Program-made: the position numbers and the translations under genes
In this document: piece after piece, positions 55,250 through 64,000 of the stretch
Layout of the letters: each line of letters begins with the position of its first letter
Numbering within the stretch: position 1 is the first letter of the stretch
Notes under the pieces: model-generated
Database searches by the model: none
What the model saw: the letters and a program-made list of their open reading frames with translations, nothing else
Told to the model about the DNA's origin: nothing
Source: Octopus vulgaris
Lineage: Eukaryota
DNA length: 64,000 nucleotides
Assembly: GCA_951406725.2 (NCBI GenBank)
Contig: OX597836.1
Span: 23,064,001 to 23,128,000, forward strand
Direction: 5' to 3'

Positions 55250-55585
55250 CTAAAAATAGTTACTAAACCTCCCTTAAAACACATCTGGTTGCCTTTAAAA
55301 AGAGGACAAATTAGATAATGTAATCCTACCGAGACAAGATGGTCATAACTAGGTTGGTTTTGATTAGTTTTGCTCAGTTTAGGTTGACCTTGGATTAAAC
55401 AAGAAAAGGAAAAATCCATAAGGTATCTCTATCTAACTGTTTGACCTGGGAATGCTCATCAGAGAAAGTAACCTTAGATAAACTGTGTCTAAATAAAAGA
55501 TGGGAAGGTCATGGCTGGAGCACCTTTTGTAGTAGGTCTACATGACCAGGTCAGACATAGGGCTAAGAGAAATAACAACAACAAA
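55250..55585 (+). repeat. Old dispersed retroposon-like family ending in (CAA)n
   Basis: Motifs gctagaaatagcagccaaatctccc...cacaccct and ggtcatggctggaatgcc...gacctggggctaaacaacaac recur at ~24790-25110, 33150-33520, 42490-42690, 46410-46710, 57500-57680. Confidence 0.6.
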
Positions 55586-56371
55586 GTTTATTAACAGTAG
55601 CTACGTCTAATCTAATTAGATCATTGTTAATATATTCAATTTGGAGGCGCGTGGCTGAGTGGTCATGATCTAAGATTGTGGTTTCTAATATGTATTATAT
55701 TAAAATATATAAAAATAATATCCCCTTAATATATCACTTTAGCAATTAATTAATATGTCTGTGTGTATGTTTGTCTGTTTATATATGTATATATATATAC
55801 ATATATGTATATATATATATGTGTATATATATATATATATGTATGTATATAAAACATATGAATTCACATTTTCAACTATTTTTGTTCTATTTACAATTTG
55901 TTTTATTTCATCAATTTTCAATCAACCAGCCATAACCAAGACAAAGAAATTTAAAAAATTGTTAACCAATTAGATTAAGTAAATGATTAAAAATAATCCC
56001 TCCCCAATCCCCATAAGATTTAAACTGCTGCAATATTAATAAACAATGGAGAAGAAAGCTTACCACTTTTTCACTCAGTCTGTGAATTATCTTACATTCA
56101 AAAACATATAATACGGATGTACATATTAGTATGTTTAAATGGAAAAAAATTTATATGTGTATACATATATATGTTTGTGCGTATATGTATGTGTGCATAT
56201 GCATATATGCTTTACTCATGTGTATGCAGAATAATTTTGACATAACTGTAATAACTGTATGATATATTGATATATTGATTGTAAAATTAATATCCTTATA
56301 ACTTTCATAAATATCTGTTTATATATTATATTATATTATATTATATATTTTATATACTATCTATTGTAAAT

Positions 56372-56428
<57 letters not shown>

Positions 56429-56525
56429 ATCCAAACATGAAAACACAAAGAGAAAACACAACAACGCGAGGACGTGGAACAAATATAGTATTATTGGACG
56501 CTAAGGAAGGAAGGGAAGAAGGAGG

Positions 56526-56560
56526 GTTTAACGTTTCGAGCGGAGCTCTTCATCGGAAAC
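56526..56560 (-). ncRNA. Putative minimal hammerhead variant CCGAUGA (second copy 19058-19090 +)
   Basis: GTTT-CCGATGA-A-GAGC-TCC-GCTC-GAAA-CG-TT-AAAC. Confidence 0.5.
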
Positions 56561-57669
56561 ATAGGAGAAGGGAAGACAGAGGAAAAAAAAAATCGCCAGG
56601 CTTCTTTCAGTTTCTGTCTACCAAATCCACTCACAAGGCTTTGGTCGGCCCGAGGCTATAGTAGAAGACACTTACCCAAGGTGTCACGCAGTGGGACTGA
56701 ACCCGGAATCATGTGGTTTGTAAGCAAGCAACTTACCACACAGCCACTCATCATTATTAGTATTATTCATTTTGTTCACCATGCACAAGTTTGTGTGTAT
56801 TCATCATAATTTTATTTATTTCGTTTGATTTTAGGAAAATTGAAGTACGTCTTTAACAATTCCAGAGCGAATTGAACTTATATTGCGTGTGACATCTGGC
56901 TCAGCCTCTATGTCAATATATTAGCCACATCAATAAGCTTCAGACACTTTGCTGGGAAATACAAGACACCAATGGTATGTCAAAGCACAACAGCTGTCAC
57001 ATTCTGGCCAAACCCACCTTGGCTCACTCCATTATCAACAACACTAGAATCTAGAAGACACACAACCAAGGCTTAGGTGTTTGTTCTGTCATGGCTGGCA
57101 AGGAACTAAGCAACAACAACAACAACAACAGTAGCAGCAGCAGCAACAACAACAACAACAGTAGCATCAACAGCAGTAGCCGTTCAAGAATTTGGACCTG
57201 GAGATCTCCATTTCTAGCGACTTCGAGGGCCACCTCCCAGTGGTGTCGGGCGTCAATGAAGAGCCCTCGACTACAACAAGACAACCAAAGTTTTTTTTTC
57301 TTTTCCAAGGTCTGGGGTCTCCTGCACTTAATCCCTAGACCATCACCTAATCACCCTTACCCGTCTTGTTGCTTAACAACAACAACAAAATCAGCAGCAA
57401 TGACCACAACAACAACAACAGGAACAGCAACAACAACAGTTATACAGAAACATGTTGGGCAATGGAGATAGAACAACAGACATAAACTGTATCACATGGT
57501 TGCTAGATCTGCTAAAAATAACAAGTAAATCTTCCCAAAATTACACCCTATCATCTTGAAACAGGAAGGTTATATGAGGTAATATAGTCCTAGAAACCTG
57601 GAAAAGGGATTGTTATGGATAAAAGGGCTTTGGTCATAGGCTGGTTGGAACAGGGTCAACCTGGTGTTA

Positions 57670-57683
57670 AACACCATCAACAA

Positions 57684-57715
<32 letters not shown>

Positions 57716-57955
57716 CCACTAACACCACCACCACCAACAACAACAACAACACTAACACCACCACCACCACACCACCACTACCACTAACACCACCAACACA
57801 CCACCAACACCACCACTAACACCAACACCACTAACACCAACACCACCACTAACACCACCACCAACACCACCACGATCACCATCACCACCACCATCACTTA
57901 CAGCAACAACAACTACTGCACCACCACCACCAACAACAACAACAACAACTACAAT
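57670..57955. repeat. (CAC)n/(CAA)n trinucleotide repeat region
   Basis: Direct inspection. Confidence 0.9.
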
Positions 57956-58361
57956 AAAATGTCTATTGTACAGTTCACAGCTGCAGAGAAGAATGTGTAA
58001 TTATTATTGCTGTTTCTATTGATTTCTTACATTGCCACATATGGCACAAGGAATGAGGAATCAATACAAGAAATGAAGAATCGACCAGAAAATACATCCT
58101 CGTCTATTTTATTTCTATTTATTTTTGTATCACACAATTTGTATGAACAAGGATGTCATTCATTGCTGGCTGCCAATGGACTAATTACTATCTCATTACA
58201 TTTCTGACCATAGCAAGAACAATAAGGCAGTGTTGGTAAATCAGGGAAGAACAAATATGTCCAGGGCCTTTGTTCATAAAGCAGTAGTTTTAATGTTTTG
58301 CTTGCCAATATTTATGTCCTTCACCCATCTTATATCCTTCACCTGTGTGTGTGTATGTATG

Positions 58362-58414
<53 letters not shown>

Positions 58415-58458
58415 TTAGCCACTACACACATTTTTTTCTCTCCTTGTTTTCTGTGTCC

Positions 58459-58494
58459 CTTTCTGTAGAAGAGCGTAGGCTTGAAACATAAAAG
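58459..58494 (+). ncRNA. Putative minimal hammerhead variant CUGUAGA (second copy 14653-14688 -)
   Basis: Two-copy consensus CTTT-CTGTAGA-A-GAGC-GTAG-GCTC-GAAA-CG-TA-AAAG; each copy has 1-2 substitutions. Confidence 0.45.
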
Positions 58495-58581
58495 ACTTTT
58501 TCTATTCCTGAGCGTTATACTAATACATCTGTTTGTTTTGTACACCACCTGTCTTCATCTTTTGTTTTTTTCGTAAACTCT

Positions 58582-58714
<133 letters not shown>

Positions 58715-59524
58715 TATAGGTGCAGACATGGCTGTCTGGTAAGAAGCTTGCTTCCCAACCACATGGCTCCAGATTTAGTCCCACTGCATGGTATCTTGAG
58801 TAAGTGTCTTCCACTATAGCTTTGGGCCAACCAAAGCCTTATGAATGGATTTGGTAGACGGAAACCGAATGAAGCCCATCATATATATATACATGTATAT
58901 ATTTATGTGTACATCTCTGTGTTTGTCCCCACTGCCATTTGCTTGACAACCAATGCTGGTGTGTTTATGTCCCAATAACATAGCAGTTCAGCAAAAGAGA
59001 CTGACAGAATAAGTACTAGGCTTTCAAAGAATAAGTTGATTTCTTCAACTAAAACCCTTTAAGGCAGTGCTCCAGCATGGGTGTAGTCAAATGACTGAAA
59101 CACATAAAAGAATAAAAGAATATAGGAGTGGCTGTGTGTAAGTAGCTTGCTTACCAACCACATGATTCCAGGTTCAGTCCCACTGTGTGGCACCTTGGCA
59201 AATGTCTTCTACTATAGCCTCGGGCCAACCAAAGCCTTGTGAGTGGATTTGGTAGGAGGAAACTGAAAGAAGCCCGTCATATATGTGTATATATATGTAT
59301 ATGTGTATATGTTTGTGTGTCTGTGTTTATCCCCCCAATATCGCTTGACAACCAATGCTGGTGTATTTACATGTCCGTAACTTAGCAGTTTGGCAAAAGA
59401 GACCAATAGAATAAGTATTAGACTTACAAAGAATAAGTCCTGGGGTTGATTTCCTCGACTATAGGCGATGCTCCAGCATGGCCACAGTCAAATGAACTGA
59501 AACAAGTAAAAGAAAGAAAGAAAA

Positions 59525-59573
<49 letters not shown>

Positions 59574-59747
59574 AGAATAATAAAAAGAAAGTTCTTGGTA
59601 CAGTGTTATGTATATTTGAAAATCTAAAAGAATTTTGACATGTATGAATATTTATTTCCCCCCACTGTATATATATATATATATAAATATAACTTTTTAA
59701 CTTTACAACTTATGTCACTTTACAGTTTAACATTTTTTAATTACAGA

Positions 59748-61384
59748 TTGCTTAAGGATATCCCCGGGGTGGCAACCACTGTGGACTGTTGGTCAGCCCA
59801 CAACAGGTCCTACCTGGGAATGATGGCACATTGGCTGAACCCCAAGACCTGCATGAGACAATACACCATCCTGGCCTGCTCTTGGCTCAGAGGACATCAC
59901 ATCTTTGATTTCTCACCCAGGCTATGGTGGACATCCAATACAAGTTCTATCTGCAAGACAAGGTGTCCAGGACCACGACAGACAACAGCAAAAACTTTGT
60001 TAAGGTATTTATTCAGTTTGGTACAGAAGTTGAACTCTTGCCAGACATTCCTGAGGCTGTTGCTGATCCAGACGTAGAAGGCATCGAGGATGTGGACCTG
60101 GACGTGGATAAAGTTGAGTACATCTCTATTGATGCCATCTTTTATGAAACCAGTGGCCTGGGCCTAAACCTGCCAGTGCACATGAAGTTCGCAGCCCATA
60201 CCTGCAGCTCAGTAGCCAGTGTGGATGCCGACAAGACTCTTGATAGTGCTTCATTCAAGTCAGCCTTCAGGAAGGCCATGTCCAAAGCACAGCGGCTGTG
60301 GAATCTGCAGAGCCACAGCACAGTGGCAGCAAAGAGTATTCTGGATGCATTGAAGAGGAGGCTGGTGGTCCCCAACAGTACTAGATGGAACTCTACCTAT
60401 GACTATGCTGTTCTCTTCAGTAACCTACTGGAGAAGAATAAAAGGGCTGTCCACAGGTTAATGCCACGGCTGAAGCTGCAGGCCTTCACTAATGCTGATG
60501 TCGATTTCCTGATGGAGAATACCCAGGTGATGTCTAATGTTGCCAAGGCCTTGGATAAAATGGTGTGGGAGGACCAGGACTATCTTGGGAGCTTTCTGCC
60601 AACTGTAGTGGCTGCTATCATGAAGTTGAAGGAGGATAAGTTCAAACATCTCTTGTACTGCAGTCCTCTGGTAGATGTGATACTAGCAGGCATCACAAAA
60701 AGCTCAGGGCTCCTACTAGAAGACCTGGAGTGCCTGCTGCCTTCCACCCCAATTTTCACCTGTTCTGACTGGAACAGTATAACAGCCAGGTTAGCAAAGC
60801 AATGGATGCCATGGAGACTGTCGTAGAGACAGCCCTAATGGAGACCAATGAAGAGGGCAGCAGCAGCACCACCACCAGCAATGAGGATGATGATGAGGAT
60901 TTTTTTCAGCAACATTACTTGGTTCTGGGAGAGCAGGAGCCACAAGTCACTGAAATTCAAGGCACAGAAATTGGTGAAAACCTGACTAGAGGCCATCTCA
61001 ATGGAGGTCCTGACTGAAGTTGCTTTTTTGTGTGAGCAGGTCTTGATTGACCTGTTTACCAAGTAAAACACTGCCATCCCATCCAGTACTGCAGTTGAAC
61101 GCCTATTCTCTATGGACAAAGATATTTTGAAGGCCTTTTTGGAAAGCTCTATATCTAAGCTACATGAAAATTTTACTCTTTAGGTCTGTTTTTAAGGGTT
61201 TCAGAGCCAAAAAACCAAACCAAAACTAAATTTATATGATAAAAGTTATCAGTTATCAGTTAGCATTAGCTTCCACTAATTTGTTTACCTGTTTAGTGGT
61301 TTAGTATTTGCAAAGCTAACTTTTTTTTGTTAGCAGATTAGCTGTAAGTGAAACTAACTTTTTGGTTAGCTGTGCTCACCACTG
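59748..61384 (+). mobile_element. hAT (Ac/Tol2-like) DNA transposon relic with frameshifted transposase
   Basis: TTVDCWS...YLGMMAHW, TTTDNSKNFVK, FAAH (CxxH site), PNSTRWNSTY, TAIPSSTAVERLFS; TIR-like end ...gtgctcaccactg at 61384; frameshifts. Confidence 0.9.
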
Positions 61385-61619
61385 CTCATTTGCATATCAA
61401 ACATTTACTGGCGAAATGAATGAATTACTCAAAAAGAAACGGTTGAGTGTATAAATTGAGATTCAGTTCACATAAGTGTGTTTAATAAATACACATTCAG
61501 GTGCATGTGGTCTTGGGTTCAATCCCATTGCGCAGCAACTTGGGTAGGTGTCTTCTATTATAGTTCCAGGCTAACTGGTTTTGCTTGTGTGTGTATGCAT
61601 GTATGTGTGTGTGTGTGTT

Positions 61620-62142
61620 TCCAAGGTGTTTGGACTAAATTTGATAGTTTGCATAAAAGGAAAAGAAAGCATATTTCATCCAAAAATAAAAACCATTCAA
61701 AAAAATCAAAAAATTATCAACTAGATTATGGCTGGAAGATAACAGCTTACTCAAAGTAGCCATCCTCAGCTTTCCAAATTTGGGATTGACCACACTCTCC
61801 TGGAGCTTCACAGAGCCATCAGCACTGAGACTAAGGTCTTGTTCAAAGATACGGGGATGAATTCCAGTGTGGGGACACAGAGTCAAAATATCTGCTGTGT
61901 CCCTTCCTTTGTAGTCTCTAAATCAGCTGTCCATGTCAGGTCTTACAGCCTTTACAGTGTTCACAACATTGAGCAGCGGTCATTATGTCGACATTTTGAT
62001 ACCTGGAGTAAATCTTCAGATGGCTTCCAGTTCTCCATGTCAGCTAACTTTTTCTCAATACAACTTTAATTTTTATGCTCTCTAATGTCTTCAGCTATTC
62101 ACCAGTACAAAGCATCATCAAATTTAGCCTGAACACCCTGTA
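61620..62142 (-). mobile_element. Internally deleted Tc1/mariner-family element
   Basis: Degenerate TIRs (caaggtgtttggactaaatttgat / atcaaatttagcctgaacaccctg); internal part similar to 20895-21240. Confidence 0.6.
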
Positions 62143-62544
62143 TATATATATATGTATATAAAATATGAATTAGAGATAAAACCATTATTATGCAATTCAA
62201 ACAGAGATAGACATAAACCAATACATAAATAACAAATAATATATATAATATGTAATAGATATATATATATTTTCCCAAAAGTATAAAATGAATGCATTCA
62301 TTTTATACTTTTTTGAAAAAAAAATATACATATATATATATATTATATTTATTATATATATTATTTATTATTTATGTATTGGTTTATGTCTATCACTGTT
62401 TGAGTTGCATAATAGTGGTTTTATCTCTAATTCATATTTGATATTTTATATATTTATACTGTGAAATTTGATTTAGTACTAAATTGAATTTTTCCCTGTA
62501 AGTTTGGAGTTATACTCCCTAATATTATATATATATATATACAT

Positions 62545-62790
62545 TATATAAAATCCTTTCTCTGTGTGTGTGTGTGTCTTCTAGGATCTCGGGCATCCTC
62601 CATCCGATTGCGCTCAGATTCGATATGTAGATATCAATGGTATCAGGGCATGTATCAGTCTTGGAAAAATTACAAAAATTGATTCCAGATGAGAATGCAA
62701 TCGATCAAACCGTGGGAACATGCATTTGTAAAATCGTTTTTCTTGGAATAGCAAAAAAGTCTATCTTTATTTCTTATTTTGCTGGTGTCT
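62545..62790 (+). mobile_element. Probable Helitron-like non-autonomous fragment
   Basis: atataaaatcc...(TG)n...ccgattgcgctcagattcg pattern typical of such elements; no 3' hairpin or CTAG seen. Confidence 0.35.
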
Positions 62791-63369
62791 CAAATTTAGG
62801 TTAAATCAGTGTTTCTCAAAGGGAAGGCCTATGGGACAGTCGGACAAGTTGTTTCAAGAAAATTTGGTGTGTAATGTATTAATATCATCATCATTTAACG
62901 TCCGCTTTCCATGCTAGCATGGGTTGGACGGTTCAACTGGGGTCTGGGGAGCCCGAAGGCTGCACCAGTCCAGTCAGATCTGGCAGTGTTTCTACAGCTG
63001 GATGCCCTTCCTAACGCCAACCACTCCGAGAGTGTAGTGGGTGATTTTATGTGCCACTGACACAGGTGCCAGACGAGGCTGGCAAACGGCCACGCTCGGA
63101 TGGTGTTTTTTATGTGCCACCGACACAGGTGCCAGACGAGGCTGGCAGACGGCCACGCTCGGATGGTGTTTTTATGTGCCACCGACACAGGTGCCAGATG
63201 AGGCTGGCAAACGGCCACGATCGGATGGTGCTTGTTACGTGCCCACAGCACGGAGGCCAGTCGATGCGGTACTGGCTACGGCCACGTTCGGATGGTTTTC
63301 TTGTGTGCCACGTGCCACCGGCACTGGTACCACAAAGATACAAATTCCATTGATGTTCATATATATAAA

Positions 63370-63948
63370 TATTGTGTGTAATATCAGATTTTTCTGTGAT
63401 GTGATTAGCATGGTGCACCATTGATCAGGTGTCAGAAGATGAGGCATCCACCAAGCAGAAATCTTTGCCACACCAAGTTCATTGTGTAGAATATTCTCAA
63501 TTCTCTTGCAGGATATGCTAATAGCTTTGGCTATTTGATTTATAGTCAATCACATGCCATCCACCACCATGTCATGAACACAATTAATGTATTCTCCAGT
63601 GGTTGCAGTTGCAAAATGTACAGACCTTGGGTCCTCTTCAAGACTCTCCCTTTTCCTCCTAAATTCTGCTGCCCATTTTTACACTGTTGATAAAGCTGGA
63701 GCATCATCCCCTAATGTAGAAAGTATGTAAGCATGAAGGTCCTTGGGAGCTAAACCCTTTTCCTACAAATACTTAATAACACTAGGATGCCTAATTTTGT
63801 CCATTTTCAAGGGAGTTTGCAACTGGTTACTTTTGCAATCTTCTTTGAACAGCTGCCTGGAAAGAAACAAGGCAGTTATTAAAAAGACCTTGAATTTATC
63901 TGTCACTCTTTCATAGTGAGCCTATAATCTTTTCATCCCACCCTTGTA
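63370..63948 (-). mobile_element. Mariner transposase relic (N-terminal HTH half)
   Basis: ATG 63804 MDKIRHPSVIKYL...; ILHNELGVAKISAWWMPHLLTPDQ (WVPHEL-like motif); in-frame stops. Confidence 0.85.
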
Positions 63949-64000
63949 TATATGGGGTGATAAAGTTGTGTCCTTGAGAAGCACATCTGCACATTCCAGT

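Noticed and set aside
59924-60826. 300-aa ORF as a host gene or domesticated transposase
   Set aside because: Frameshifts on both sides separate the first catalytic D and the C-terminal ERLFS region; CxxH is mutated

Overview
AT-rich, microsatellite- and repeat-dense animal genomic DNA. The repeat families suggest a coleoid cephalopod, probably Octopus (inference). One complete protein-coding gene is supported: a beta-secretase (BACE1/BACE2-like) membrane aspartic protease on the minus strand, with 10 coding exons from ATG at 28837 to stop at 7680. All introns are GT-AG and in phase, giving 1530 nt / 509 aa with intact DTGS and DSGT catalytic motifs. The rest is intron or intergenic DNA filled with tRNA-derived SINEs, CR1- and RTE-type LINE 3' fragments, a Ty3/gypsy relic, hAT and Tc1/mariner relics, MITEs, a non-autonomous Helitron and simple repeats. 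Two features stand out. First, several families of short insertions show inverted (fold-back) duplications, 13-15 bp target-site duplications or a position in (TA)n tracts. Several carry minimal type I hammerhead-ribozyme folds with non-canonical cores (GUGAACA with a swapped 3-8 pair, CUGUAGA, CCGAUGA), alongside one canonical CUGAAGA copy, consistent with Penelope-like retroelement ends. Second, a near full-length 5S rRNA copy is fused to the 3' tail of a CR1-type LINE that is also present in the window. Most ORFs in the supplied track are spurious repeat translations.
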